DNA of 64,000 nucleotides, taken from positions 1,054,001 through 1,118,000 of the forward strand of contig OZ037846.1 in NCBI GenBank assembly GCA_964035575.1. The letters are read 5' to 3'. This DNA comes from Rhynchopus sp. YZ270_cl-10. Its lineage: Eukaryota. Shown piece by piece: positions 40,342 through 51,933 of this stretch. The position numbers were made by a program, and so were the translations under genes. The notes beneath the pieces were generated by a model. The model was not told the DNA's origin, ran no database searches, and saw only the letters and a list, made by a program, of their open reading frames with translations. The number at the start of each line of letters is the position of its first letter. Positions within the stretch are counted from its first letter, which is position 1.

Positions 40342-42066
40342 ATGCGCTGTTTGGATGCTGCGCTGACGCTTGACGGGACGTTGAATGTTGTCGACCGACA
40401 GAGGCGGAAAGTATTTTTCCTGCTCAACTTTATTGTGCTTTGTGCAACTGTTGTGTTTGGGCTGAACCAGCTGCGGGACATGCGGGAGCGGTACATTTAC
40501 TTTGTCGCCACAGCGGCTACCTTCGTGACGTCTTTGTTCAGTGTGCTCCTTGTCGTACGCAAGCGTAGGCTCACCACAACGATCATCGTCACTACATCAG
40601 GCATCTCGTGTGTGTGTCTTCTGTTCTATGATCTGACGGGACGTGCTGAATACAAATACGCCTGGCCTATCATGGTATTGGTCATCGACTTCCTGCTTGT
40701 CATGGGTGTCCCCGCACACTACACCACCGCAGTTGTGGCTTGTACACTGGTATACCTGGCTCTCATTACTGCAGAGGAAACCATCCGCTTTGGCATCCTT
40801 GACCTGCCTGGGCTTGTGACTCAAGAGGATCGCCGCGACTACGTGAACGGCATGGGCGACTGCACCAGCCTCCCCTGTACGCAGAGCACCGCAGTGACGC
40901 ACTTTGCTGCGGCCGCAGTTGTCTTTGTGATAGACTTCATCGCAACGCGAGGCTTTGCGCGTGGTCTCCTGAAGGAGCAGGCATCAATGGAGCGGACGAT
41001 CAACGTTGTGCAGGAGATTGCGTCGTTGCTGGCTGGCTACGACGTGGAGCAGGTGGCGGAGCTGTTGAAGGCGCATGAGGGTGACCTGCCTGAGGGGATG
41101 ACAGTTGCACTTCGGAGACTGGAGGAGAACCTGAGGATGTACAAGGCGTACCTCCCGCAGACGTGTCTGCCGTTTGAGAACGAGAAAGAGCGAGTACTCT
41201 CTCTCCTGGAAGGCTCCTTGAGCATGGCGGATCAAAGCACAGAGTCACGTACTTCTCGTTCGGTGTCGATGTCGAGTTCGAATGTCCTGGTGCGCTGCAG
41301 TGTGCGTGCACAGCCACTGGGCCTCTTGTCTGCGAAGGTAACGCTGCTGACAGTGAACGTGAAGGACACACTGAGTCGCTTGGTGGAAGACAGTGCATGT
41401 TTCTCGGACCTGTTCACAACTCTTCTTCTGAAGACGTTGCAGGGAACAGAGACAAGACGTGGGATGGTGGACGTGTTCATCGGTGACAGGATCCACTGCT
41501 CGTTCAACGCGTCAAAGCAGTGTGCGTCGCACGCAGCCTCAGCACTGCACACAGCCACCCTGCTCATCAGAGGTGGTGTCACATCGTACGCGAACGTGGG
41601 TGTTGCGACTGGGAAGGTGCTGCGTGGTGACATGGGTTGTGAGGTGATGCGTCGGTTCAGCATGGTGGGGGAGCTTGTGTGTGATGTGAACGGGCTGGAA
41701 CGTGCGGGGCGTATGCTGGGGTGTGATGTGGTGTGCAACAGGATGTGCTTCAGCGATGCTGAGTGCGAACACCAGCTGCGTCTGCTTCCGTGCAAGGTGG
41801 AGGTTGCCTCTGGCTGTGAGGCACAGGTTGTGGCGGAACTGGTGGTGCTGGAACATGACGCAGTTGCTGTGGCCGACGAATGGATGTACATGATTGGTGG
41901 GAAGAAGGACTGGGAGGAGTACAACATTGCCGTGCGTGGGTACCTGCGTGGTGAGCAGTCTGACCTTGACGTTGCGAAGGCGTGGTCAGCTGCGGGAGGG
42001 GTTGGCACACCAGCACACACAGTTCCTTCCGGGACGTGCCGTGTTGTGTGTTCCTACCTTCGGTGA
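40342..42066 (+). CDS. Type B membrane pseudo-cyclase
   Basis: ATG 40342 (MRCLDAALTLDGTL) matches family starts; degenerate motifs. Confidence 0.85.
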   Translation: MRCLDAALTLDGTLNVVDRQRRKVFFLLNFIVLCATVVFGLNQLRDMRERYIYFVATAATFVTSLFSVLLVVRKRRLTTTIIVTTSGISCVCLLFYDLTGRAEYKYAWPIMVLVIDFLLVMGVPAHYTTAVVACTLVYLALITAEETIRFGILDLPGLVTQEDRRDYVNGMGDCTSLPCTQSTAVTHFAAAAVVFVIDFIATRGFARGLLKEQASMERTINVVQEIASLLAGYDVEQVAELLKAHEGDLPEGMTVALRRLEENLRMYKAYLPQTCLPFENEKERVLSLLEGSLSMADQSTESRTSRSVSMSSSNVLVRCSVRAQPLGLLSAKVTLLTVNVKDTLSRLVEDSACFSDLFTTLLLKTLQGTETRRGMVDVFIGDRIHCSFNASKQCASHAASALHTATLLIRGGVTSYANVGVATGKVLRGDMGCEVMRRFSMVGELVCDVNGLERAGRMLGCDVVCNRMCFSDAECEHQLRLLPCKVEVASGCEAQVVAELVVLEHDAVAVADEWMYMIGGKKDWEEYNIAVRGYLRGEQSDLDVAKAWSAAGGVGTPAHTVPSGTCRVVCSYLR

Positions 42067-43501
42067 TGGTTGGGTGAAACTTACGTTCCGGCTACAATTT
42101 TATTTTCTCTACTTTTGGGGCAAGCAAAAGGGTTAACCATCCCTTGCCACACACGGGGGATGAGCAGTCCTCTGCACCGTGGCCCTACTACGACAGATGG
42201 GCAAGCAGGGGGTATTCTGTTTGCCCGCATCCTGTCTCTTCTGATGTTCTTTCAATAACTATTCTTTATGTAGACTAAGCACGAGAGGCTCAGGCTCATC
42301 TTGCAAAAGTTTTTTATTTTTATTTTTATTTTCTACAGTTCTTTTGGGACGCTTTGCCAAGAGCTTAACGGAATTTCGTATACACAACAGTGAGTGTTTA
42401 CACACCCACACTGAACACCACTAAAAAATAATTGTAAGCCCTACATCCTCGAACTTTTTAAACACAAATGCTTTCACTGGACGCATCCCGTTTCTCTCCC
42501 CCTCCCCTCTATTACCGACGCCCTTTATGGATACGGAGTGCACCTTTGTTATAAAAGGATACCTATTAACTTGATGACGTAAAGTGCACTTTACGTCACT
42601 GAGGGGGGACATGGGGGGACATGCGTCGCTTGCCTTCTTCTTTATGCATTGTGCACACAGTGATGCCTTCAGCTTCGTATTTCAGGTCCGACATCATTTC
42701 TGTTTTGTTTCTGCCACCCTCAACCCTCAGTACCCCAGAGCGATCGTTGCTCTTCTCACCAGTAGTTGTCCTTCCTCAGTCTCCTGCTGGTGTTCGACAA
42801 AACGTTCTCGATTGGTGCCGCGGGAAAACACGGCGCTTGTTTTGGTGGGTTTTCACGAAGCATCCAACATCGTCAGGCGGGGGACGGCCTGCAGTTTCGA
42901 TCCTATGTATATTTCGTGGAGCTTGTTTAACATCGAAAAGAACTTGTCCAGATACTGTACGCTGCCAAGTGGCGGGTTGTGGTGCCTGAATGAGTGGTTT
43001 AGGTAGAGGGCAGGAATGCCCTTCTCGGAGCGTGCTGGGCCGTTTGCACCGAGAAAAGAGCATGAACTCGTTCCATCTTTTGTAGACTGTTTTCGATGTG
43101 AAGCTTTTTGTCGAACTCTGCTCGTACACATCGACCAGGGGCGCTTGTGAATGGGAAACTGGGTAGGGTTGTAGTTGTAGCGCGTGGAAGGGGAACCATA
43201 TACTTTTGCAACTTTTGGGTGGGTTTTAGCCCAGTGGGAGTGGTCAGCCCAAATTGGGCTAAGTCAGCCCAAAGTTTGCCCATTTTTGGTGGGCTAAGTT
43301 AGCCCACGTTTTTTCTGGGTTTTTTTTTCCAAAACCCCAGGATTGGGCTAAGTTTTTTTTAGTTTTTCAGCCCCGGCGGAAACCCTGGTGTTTCTTTTAC
43401 TTATTTCTCTCAACCCCCTCTCGATCACTCCACAACTCTTCACCAAGGGATGTTTGTTTTGAATTTTGTTCAGATCCACAGCAACATAGCAGGGGGAAAG
43501 C

Positions 43502-45583
43502 ATGCGCTGTCTGGATGCGATGCTGTCGATGGACGGGTCACTGGGCAAGAAGGAGACGCAGAAGCGGAAGCTGTTCTTCGTCATCAACGTGGTGCTGCTC
43601 TTTGTGTTGGTGGGGCTTATGTTATTGATGTTTTCTGACGTGCGTGGCAGGTTTTTTTATGTGGTCGGCATCTTATTTGGCTTCGTAACGGTGCTCTTCA
43701 ACTTAAGCATGATCGCGTGCAAACGCAGGTTATCGCCAGCTTTGATACTGGCGGCGTCGTGCAGCTTCTGGGTGTGCACCCTTCTTGTGGACATGAGTTC
43801 GCGCGCGCAACTGAGGAGCACGTGGCCCGCGATTGTGCTTATTGTTGACTTTGTACTTGTGATGGAGGTGCCCGCACACCACAGCACACTTCTTGTCTGT
43901 GTGACCGTGTTGTACCTCATCGTCATATCTGTTGAGGAATCCTTCAGGTTTGGCCTGTTGGACCTCCCCGGTTTAATGCAGGTATCGGATCGTCGTAGCT
44001 ACGCGGATGAGATGACTCAATGCGCAGACATCCCCTGTGCACGGAACACCACCCCAGCCCTGCTTGCCGCGCTCATGGTGTTTGTGGTGGACTTCATCGC
44101 AACGCGAGGCTTCGCGCGTGGTCTCCGGAAAGAGCAGGAGTCCATGGAGCGGACGATCAACACCGTGCAGGAGATTGCGTCGTTGCTGGCTGGCTACGAC
44201 GTGGAGCAGGTGGCGGAGCTGTTGAAGGTGCATGGGGGTGACCTGCCTGAGGGGATGACAGAGGCACTGCGTGCATTGGAGGAGAACCTGCGGAAGTACC
44301 GTCCCTACCTCCCTGCTGCGCTGTTTGAGGCTGAGGTGGATGAGGACGGTGTGCAGCAGCCGACTGTGGCACCGCCTGGGCTTGTCAGCGAGACAGCAAC
44401 ACTTGTGTTCACAGACATCCGTGCGTCGACGTCGATCTGGGAGAACGCACCTGAGGGGATGCGTGCTGGACTGCAGATCCACAACGCTGTGGTGCGTGAG
44501 GTGATGCGGATGTGTGGTGGGTACGAGGTGAAGACCATTGGCGACGCATTCATGATGGCCTTTGCATCCACTTGCGACGGTGTGGTGTTTGGGTTGCGTG
44601 TGCAGGAGCGTCTGTTTGAAGCAGACTGGCCTGCATCTCTGCTTGAGGATGCACCAATCTGCTCTCGGCAGGGGTCGCTGTGGGGTGGTCTGACTGTGCG
44701 CATTGGTGTGAACACTGGCCCTGTGACTGTGGAGCAGAACACACTGACGGGACGGACAGACTATCTTGGACACACAGTGAACGTTGCTGCACGCCTTGAG
44801 AGCACATGCACACCTGGTGCTGTGGCTGTGCCCTCTGACCTGTGGACGTCTGGGTGCTGGTCGTGCAGTGCTGTTGTTGGTGTGCCAGAGGCAGTTCACT
44901 TGAAGGGTGTGGCAGACAGCATGTTGGTGTGCTGTGTGTGGCCTGTCTCACTTGGGGGACGGAAGGGCACGCCACTGCGTGAATTTGCTTCAGCAGAAAA
45001 GTCTCTGACCGATTCGGCGAGCCTGTTTTCAACTATGTCTTCTGAGGATTCGTACCGGGCATTGGCACACCCTACCAGGCAGGTCTCCGGCACTGTGGGA
45101 GTTGCACAGCTTGCAGTGGGTGACGTGGTGCACAACACAGCTTTTGACCACATGAGCTGCAGGCTGACGACACTGACGATCACACTGGAGCAGAGTGGAG
45201 GGAGTCTGGTGACGCTGCTTGGGAACTGTGTGTGTGTTGGGTGGAACGTGTCGCGATCTGCACCTGCACACATGGAGAACGCGATACGGTTTGTGCAGCG
45301 CATGTCTGTGAAGTCTGTGCTGAACGGGGCTGGTCTTGCAAGCGGCCCTGTGCAGCACGGGGATGTTGGTGCACGGAGCCGTCGCTTTGTGACTGTGATG
45401 GGGGATGTTGTGCGTCGGAGTTGGGCGCTGTGCGAGGAGGCTGTGCGTGACGAGGTTGTGTGTCTGTACGAGCCTCCTGAAGGGACAACACTGCCGTCTG
45501 CACTTGAAGACGTTCTTGTCCGGCACAAGGGGTCTAACTACAGAGTCGTTGAGTCAGACAACCTAGAACGAGACGTGTTTTAG
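43502..45583 (+). CDS. Type A membrane adenylate cyclase, 693 aa
   Basis: FTDIRAST, EVKTIGDAFM, DYLGHTVNVAARLES intact. Confidence 0.92.
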   Translation: MRCLDAMLSMDGSLGKKETQKRKLFFVINVVLLFVLVGLMLLMFSDVRGRFFYVVGILFGFVTVLFNLSMIACKRRLSPALILAASCSFWVCTLLVDMSSRAQLRSTWPAIVLIVDFVLVMEVPAHHSTLLVCVTVLYLIVISVEESFRFGLLDLPGLMQVSDRRSYADEMTQCADIPCARNTTPALLAALMVFVVDFIATRGFARGLRKEQESMERTINTVQEIASLLAGYDVEQVAELLKVHGGDLPEGMTEALRALEENLRKYRPYLPAALFEAEVDEDGVQQPTVAPPGLVSETATLVFTDIRASTSIWENAPEGMRAGLQIHNAVVREVMRMCGGYEVKTIGDAFMMAFASTCDGVVFGLRVQERLFEADWPASLLEDAPICSRQGSLWGGLTVRIGVNTGPVTVEQNTLTGRTDYLGHTVNVAARLESTCTPGAVAVPSDLWTSGCWSCSAVVGVPEAVHLKGVADSMLVCCVWPVSLGGRKGTPLREFASAEKSLTDSASLFSTMSSEDSYRALAHPTRQVSGTVGVAQLAVGDVVHNTAFDHMSCRLTTLTITLEQSGGSLVTLLGNCVCVGWNVSRSAPAHMENAIRFVQRMSVKSVLNGAGLASGPVQHGDVGARSRRFVTVMGDVVRRSWALCEEAVRDEVVCLYEPPEGTTLPSALEDVLVRHKGSNYRVVESDNLERDVF

Positions 45584-46228
45584 CGAGGCTTTGCTGATGG
45601 AAGGTGCAAGGCGACAAAGACATTGCCCGTGTTCTTGCAGAGCATCTTGTTGCCGTCTCTAACTCCAAGGTAGAGGGCTTCAGGATTCAGTGGTGGCTGC
45701 CCTTCTGTGGCTGTTGTACCGTCATGTTCTAGCTGCCCAAACGAAGAATGAGCAGCAAGGGTAATGATCAAGCTCGTGTACCATAGCTAGGGAGTCACTC
45801 GTATGCTGACCAAATTTGTGTTCTGTGCATGGTTTTTTGTGTGCCGCATATATTAAAGATTTTTCTTTTTTCGGGCATGGCATTTGACAGTCTTGTGATA
45901 TCTTGGGAAATCTTTTTGTATACGAGAAAGACGATTCTCGTGCTGCGGGTACTTCATTTTTGGATTGTGCAGGTCTGAGTGGGGGTAGTCTTTTACAAGC
46001 CTTACCTCTCTCTCGTTGTCTTGTCTCCTCTTGTTTTGTGGCGGGTTTGTGTGACCCACCCCACCCGAGCCTTCCCTTGTTTGTTTGTTTATTTAGTCAC
46101 GGCGTGTCATACTCGTTGTAAAAAGAACCCCCCTATCCCCGTGTACTGCCCACAGTTTCCCAAAATTTGCTGATCGTTCAGCGAAGTCTATTATGTCGAA
46201 TAGAATTCGTAGAATTCTGTAAGCACTG

Positions 46229-46358
46229 CCCTAGGCATACCCCGAAGGCGGTTCGTATTTGCCCTATATTCGGATCCGAATATAGGGCAAATATGGTCCA
46301 GGAATTTGGTATCCGAATAGACGGCGAATTTGAATTCGCCTTCGGGGTATGCCTAGGG
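46229..46358. mobile_element. Palindromic MITE-like insertion
   Basis: 22-bp inverted ends CCCTAGGCATACCCCGAAGGCG / CGCCTTCGGGGTATGCCTAGGG; no TSD seen. Confidence 0.6.
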
Positions 46359-46453
46359 TACGTCCCTCCCTCTCGATCACTCCACAACTCTTCACCAAGG
46401 GATATTTGTTTTGAATTTTGTTCAGATCCACAGCAACATAGCAGGGGGAAAGC

Positions 46454-48190
46454 ATGCGCTGTCTGGATGCGATGCTGTCGATGGACGGGTCACTGGGCAA
46501 GAAGGAGACGCAGAAGCGGAAGCTGTTCTTCGTCATCAACGTGGTGCTGCTCTTTGTGTTGGTGGGGCTTATGTTATTGATGTTTTCTGACGTGCGTGGC
46601 AGGTTTTTTTATGTAGTCGGCATCTTATCTGGCTTCGTAACGGTGATCTTCAACTTAAGCGTGGTTGCGTGCAAACGCAGGCTATCGCCAGTTCTGATCC
46701 TGGCGGTGTCGTGCAGCTTCTGGGTGTGCGCCCTTCTTGTGGACATAAGTTCGCGCGCGCAACTGAAGAGCACGTGGCCCGCGATTGTGCTTATTGTTGA
46801 CTTTGTACTTGTGATGGAGGTGCCCGCACACCACAGCACACTTCTTGTCTGTGTGACCGTGTTGTACCTCATCGTCATATCTGTTGAGGAATCCTTCAGG
46901 TTTGGCCTGTTGGACCTCCCCGGTTTAATGCAGGTATCTGATCGTCGTAGCTACGCGGATGAGATGACTCAATGCGCAGACATCCCCTGTGCACGGAACA
47001 CCACCCCAGCCCTGCTTGCCGCGCTTATGGTGTTTGTGGTGGACTTCATCGCAACGCGAGGCTTTGCTCGTGGTCTCCGGAAGGAGCAGGAGTCCATGGA
47101 GCGGACGATCAACACCGTGCAGGAGATTGCGTCGTTGCTGGCTGGCTACGACGTGGAGCAGGTGGCGGAGCTGTTGAAGGTGCATGGGGGTGACCTGCCT
47201 GAGGGGATGACAGTTGCACTTCGGAGACTGGAGGAGAACCTGCGTGTGTACAAGGCGTACCTCCCAAAGACGTGTCTGCCGTTTGACAATGAGGATGGAG
47301 ACGTGACGCCATCTCGTAGGTCGTCTCGTCGGGAGAGTGCAATGACAGTAGACGACACCAGCACAGACTCTGCAACACAGTCTGCATCCACAAACTCCGC
47401 ACCAGTTCCCCACTCTCCCTCGAAGCGTGTGCAACGGTTAGGCCTCACGCCTGCGAAGGCAACGCTGCTGACACTGAACGTGAAGGACACACTGTGCCGC
47501 TTGGCGGACGATGTACCACAATTCTCGGAACTGTTTGCAACTCTTCTTCTGAAGACGTTGCAGGGAACAGAGACAAGACGTGGGATGGTGGACGTGTTCA
47601 TCGGGGACAGGATCCACTGCTCGTTCAACGCGTCAAAGCAGTGCGCGTCGCACGCAACGTCAGCACTGCACACAGCCACCCTGCTCATCAGAGGTGGTGT
47701 CACATCGTACGCGAACATGGGTGTTGCAACAGGAACATTGCTGCGTGGTGACATGGGTTGTGAGGTGATGCGTCGGTTCAGCATGGTGGGGGAGCTTGTG
47801 CGTGATGTGAACGGGCTGGAACGTGTGGGGCGTATGCTGGGGTGTGATGTGGTGTGCAACAGGATGTGCTTCAGCGATGCTGAGTGCGAACACCAGCTGC
47901 GTCTGCTTCCGTGCAAGGTGGAGCTTGCCTCTGGCTGTGAGGGACAGGTTGTGGCGGAACTGGTGGTGAATGAGGAGGAGGAGACAGCGGAAGAAGCAGA
48001 CGAATGGATGTACATGATTGGTGGGAAAAAGGACTGGGAGGAGTACAACATTGCCGTGCGTGGGTACCTGCGTGGTGAAAAATCTGACCTTGACGTTGCG
48101 AAGGCGTGGTCAGCTGCGGGAGGGGTTGGCACACCAGCACACACAGTTCCTTCCGGGACGTTCCGTGTTGTGTGTTCCTATCTTCGGTGA
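46454..48190 (+). CDS. Type B membrane pseudo-cyclase, 578 aa, with an N-terminal module nearly identical to the 43502 gene
   Basis: First ~250 aa match the 43502 gene; type B C-terminus. Confidence 0.87.
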   Translation: MRCLDAMLSMDGSLGKKETQKRKLFFVINVVLLFVLVGLMLLMFSDVRGRFFYVVGILSGFVTVIFNLSVVACKRRLSPVLILAVSCSFWVCALLVDISSRAQLKSTWPAIVLIVDFVLVMEVPAHHSTLLVCVTVLYLIVISVEESFRFGLLDLPGLMQVSDRRSYADEMTQCADIPCARNTTPALLAALMVFVVDFIATRGFARGLRKEQESMERTINTVQEIASLLAGYDVEQVAELLKVHGGDLPEGMTVALRRLEENLRVYKAYLPKTCLPFDNEDGDVTPSRRSSRRESAMTVDDTSTDSATQSASTNSAPVPHSPSKRVQRLGLTPAKATLLTLNVKDTLCRLADDVPQFSELFATLLLKTLQGTETRRGMVDVFIGDRIHCSFNASKQCASHATSALHTATLLIRGGVTSYANMGVATGTLLRGDMGCEVMRRFSMVGELVRDVNGLERVGRMLGCDVVCNRMCFSDAECEHQLRLLPCKVELASGCEGQVVAELVVNEEEETAEEADEWMYMIGGKKDWEEYNIAVRGYLRGEKSDLDVAKAWSAAGGVGTPAHTVPSGTFRVVCSYLR

Positions 48191-49169
48191 GTTTTGTCGA
48201 ACAGACACAAATGGAGCACAGACTAGGTAGTGCATCAGGAGGGATTCTTTACACCACCTGTTCATGTTTGTCCATAATACTCTGCCTCATTGCTCCGCCG
48301 TGCAGTACAACAAATAGAAGGAACTGGCACCCGTTTTAAAAAAAACCCTGTCAAAACAAACAGTTTTATTCCCAGCTCAATCCCGTTTTTACTCATTTCC
48401 CCCATCAGTCTAGTCTGTGCAATAAATTTGTTTTAATTTTGGATTAATTCGTGTATTTTCTGCTCTCATGTCTACAGTAGGTAGGGCAGCACCCATTCAC
48501 TGTTGAAGCCTACCCCTCCTACACAGAAAAGAAGAACCTAATAAACAGAAAAACGAAAAACACGGGTTGGGAAAAGACCCTATCTTTTTTTTTTTTTTTG
48601 GATTTTTGAAATCTGAAGAAGTCTTTTCAGATTTCTTCAATGGGAGTAATTCGGCAAGCACTATCTAAAAAAAAACAGAGTTTTATTTTACTAAAATTCA
48701 AAACAAAACAAGAGCACAAAGCAAACATACCAAAAACCTCATAAAAACCCTTTCCGTCCCCTTTACACGAAGTGTTAATAGAAACGTGAGTAATAAAGCC
48801 CACATTTTTATTAGAACGCCTATTCTCCCCATGCGCACGAGAGTGGTAAAATGATGTGTGTTCCCACTTGCGTGGCTATGTTTCCCCCCTGATCCCCCCC
48901 TCCCCTTTTTGAGTGTGTAAATATGCTGATTTCTTTGTCTACCTAAAAAAGTATGACACTTGCCGAACAACTTTTCTTCATTTGATTCATCTGGCCGGTG
49001 AGTCCACGAAATGGATATAAGACTGCTTGGGGTCCACCCCGATACAGCCGGTCACTGTACCAAAGGTACACTGTCACGAGAGGGCTGTTGGGTTTTCAAA
49101 TCAACTTTGTTTCAGTGGACCAAGGAAGGCCTCAGGTTTGCAACCTGGGCCCAGGATCGATACATGAAG

Positions 49170-49296
49170 ATCATGTATCGAGCAAGCTTTTACCCTTATG
49201 CTCTACGTGAGATTTCTGTTCTCACTGAGCTTGCCTTAGGACACCTGCGTTATTGTGTAACAGATGTGCCGCCCCCAGCCAAACTCCCCACCTGAC
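49170..49296 (-). rRNA. Isolated fragment of eukaryotic LSU (28S) rRNA, domain V region; not a functional gene
   Basis: Minus strand reads GTCAGGTGGGGAGTTTGGCTGGGGGCGGCACATCTGTTACACAATAACGCAGGTGTCCTAAGGCAAGCTCAGTGAGAACAGAAATCTCACGTAGAGCATAAGGGTAAAAGCTTGC, a recognisable conserved LSU tract. Confidence 0.9.
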
Positions 49297-49430
49297 TGGT
49301 GTCTCATTAGGGCTCACTAGCTAATGCTAATGAACCATATCACAGTGTCTCTATGGTCATGCATTGCATTATTCCGTGACGTTCTGACACCACCCCCATT
49401 TCCACAGCATCTGATACAACAGGGTAAACA

Positions 49431-51110
49431 ATGCGCTGTCTGTCGCAGGACGGGACACTGGACGCTCGTGGAAGGCAGAAGCGGACGTTGTTCTTCGTGA
49501 TGTGTCTTGTGACGACCATTGTATCCCTTGGGATGTTTGTACAGATGCGGAGGACCCAGCCTGACTCGTTCGCGATGCTGGGGGCCACAGTGAGCACAGC
49601 ATTCGTAAGTGTGTTCGCACTGATCTGGTTGATGTGTAAGCGCGACCTTACGACACAGCTTGTCTTGTTCGCCGCCATGGGGGGCTACTTGTCTGTGATG
49701 CTGTCCGACGTTGTCTCTCGCACCGTAGGTAGCAGCGCGTGGCCGCAGTTCGTCCTCGTCATCGACGTGCTCCTTGTGATGGAGGTGCCCGCACACCACA
49801 GCATGGGTGTCGTCTGCGTCACAGTAGTGTACCTCGTAGTCATGTCGCTAGAGGAGGGGTTCAGGTTTGGCATCCTCGACATACCTGGTATCATGCCGCA
49901 GGAGGAGAGGCAGAAGTACATTGTTGACCTGCTCAGCTGCGACGTGCTGCCATGTGCACAGAACACGATTCCCATTACCCTGACTGCGCTCATGGTGTTC
50001 GTGGTGGACTTCATCGCAACGCGAGGCTTTGCGCGTGGTCTCCTGAAGGAGCGAGAATCCATGGAGCGGACGATCAACACCGTGCAAGAAATTGCAGCGC
50101 TTCTGGCTGGCTACGACGTGGAGCAGGTGGCGGAGCTGTTGAAGGTGCATGGGGGTGACCTGCCTGAGGGGATGACAGAGGCACTGCGTAACTTGGAGGA
50201 GAACCTGAGGATGTACAAGGCGTACCTCCCGAAGACGTGTCTGCCGTTTGAGAACGAGAAGAGCCTCTCACTCAGTTCCGTGGAGAGTGCGTCCGAAATG
50301 GGTTCATCGGCAATGAGTTGCTCCTTGCGCTTTCGTCGCTCTTCTCTTCGAGCTCAGCAGTTGGGCCTCTCGTCTGTGAAAGGAACGCTGCTGGCAGTGA
50401 ACGTGAAGGACACACTGAGTCGCTTGGTGGAAGACAGTGCATGTTTCTCGGACCTGTTCACAACTCTTCTTCTGCAGACGTTGCAGGGAACAGAGACAAG
50501 ACGTGGGATGGTGGACGTGTTCATCGGTGACAGGATCCACTGCTCGTTCAACGCGTCGAAGCAGTGTGCGTCGCACGCAACCTCAGCACTGCACACAGCC
50601 ACCCTGCTCATCAGAGGTGGTGTCACGTCGTACGCGAACATGGGTGTTGCAACAGGAACAGTGCTGCGTGGTGACATGGGTTGTGAGGTGATGCGTCGGT
50701 TCAGCATGGTGGGGGAGCTTGTGCGTGATGTGAACGGTCTGGAACGTGTGGGGCGTATGCTGGGGTGTGATGTGGTGTGCAACAGGATGTGCTTCAGCGA
50801 TGCTGAGTGCGAACACCAGCTGCGTCTGCTTCCGTGCAAGGTGGAGGTTGCTTCTGGCTGTGAGGCACAGGTTGTGGCGGAACTGATTGCGAAACAAGAG
50901 AACACAGCGGAAACAGGAGACGAATGGATGTACATGATTGGTGGGAAGAAGGACTGGGATGAGTACAACACAGTGGTGCGTGGGTACCTGCTTGATGAAA
51001 AAGCTGCCCTTGATGTTGCGAAGGCGTGGTCAGCTGCGGGAGGGGTTGGCACACCAGCACACGCAGTTCCTTCCGGGACGTGCCGTGTTGTGTGTTCCTA
51101 CCTTCGGTGA
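49431..51110 (+). CDS. Type B membrane pseudo-cyclase, 559 aa
   Basis: Family paralog. Confidence 0.85.
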   Translation: MRCLSQDGTLDARGRQKRTLFFVMCLVTTIVSLGMFVQMRRTQPDSFAMLGATVSTAFVSVFALIWLMCKRDLTTQLVLFAAMGGYLSVMLSDVVSRTVGSSAWPQFVLVIDVLLVMEVPAHHSMGVVCVTVVYLVVMSLEEGFRFGILDIPGIMPQEERQKYIVDLLSCDVLPCAQNTIPITLTALMVFVVDFIATRGFARGLLKERESMERTINTVQEIAALLAGYDVEQVAELLKVHGGDLPEGMTEALRNLEENLRMYKAYLPKTCLPFENEKSLSLSSVESASEMGSSAMSCSLRFRRSSLRAQQLGLSSVKGTLLAVNVKDTLSRLVEDSACFSDLFTTLLLQTLQGTETRRGMVDVFIGDRIHCSFNASKQCASHATSALHTATLLIRGGVTSYANMGVATGTVLRGDMGCEVMRRFSMVGELVRDVNGLERVGRMLGCDVVCNRMCFSDAECEHQLRLLPCKVEVASGCEAQVVAELIAKQENTAETGDEWMYMIGGKKDWDEYNTVVRGYLLDEKAALDVAKAWSAAGGVGTPAHAVPSGTCRVVCSYLR

Positions 51111-51425
51111 TGTCCCACGTCTTCTTCGTGCGAGCTCCACATCCTTTTTAAATGTTAAGGTGACTAAGCACACGTGAGACTTAGGTTCATTCTTTGAACT
51201 TTTATTTTATTTTTTGTTTCGAGTCAGGCCAGCTTATTGCACATAGGAAAGCTGCCACATCCAGGGGCGAGATGTGCTGCCTGCTAATGACTTCTCGAGC
51301 CCGCATTGCACTTCGCGGTGGCCCCAAGGGATGACACCCTTCTTCAGAAGACAGGTAGAGAATGCTGCCCTACCCCTTCTGTGATCTAGCTGTAGTGATT
51401 TAGGATTTCCCTGGGGAGTTGGTTA

Positions 51426-51525
51426 CCGTCTTCGTAAAAATGTTCGACTGTTATAAAGTTTGTCCTTTTCAGGATTTTTCTGGAAGTTCGTCTTTTTTTA
51501 CGGTCGAACATTTTTACGAAGACGG
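51426..51525. mobile_element. 100-bp Tc1/mariner-type MITE
   Basis: TA|CCGTCTTCGTAAAAATGTTCGAC..GTCGAACATTTTTACGAAGACGG|TA. Confidence 0.8.
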
Positions 51526-51933
51526 TACATCTTTTTTTCTTTCTTTTACACTGCGTCCTGAGATTTTGTCATGTTTACGATAAAGAGTGTATCACTCCAC
51601 TTGAAGCGAGAAAAAAAATATATGGTAAAATGTTGCAAATCCCCAAGGCACTCCCCTTGTACCATCATTGAAATGACATTGCTTACCTATGGTCACTCCA
51701 ATACTGTTTGCTCCGTTTTTTTATTTTTATGTTTGTTATTCCGGTGGGTTTTTTACAATAAGAGGTGTGCATTTCCACCACAACCTCTCTCCCATGGGTT
51801 TTTTTCCGTGTGATGAGTGTTAAGTTTCTGTTTCACACCCCCCACCCGCTTGCTTCACAACCCTCCCATCAAACAACCCCCACTTCTTCTACAGAACATT
51901 ACACACCCATTTCCGGTTTCCTTCTGTCCTTGG

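Noticed and set aside
42600..43350. Possible decayed transposase next to AGCCCA/TGGGCT repeats
   Set aside because: No recognisable motif in any frame
48480..51374. Inverted 12-mer GGTAGGGCAGCA flanking the 49431 gene, as a Pack-type element
   Set aside because: Match too short and no TSD
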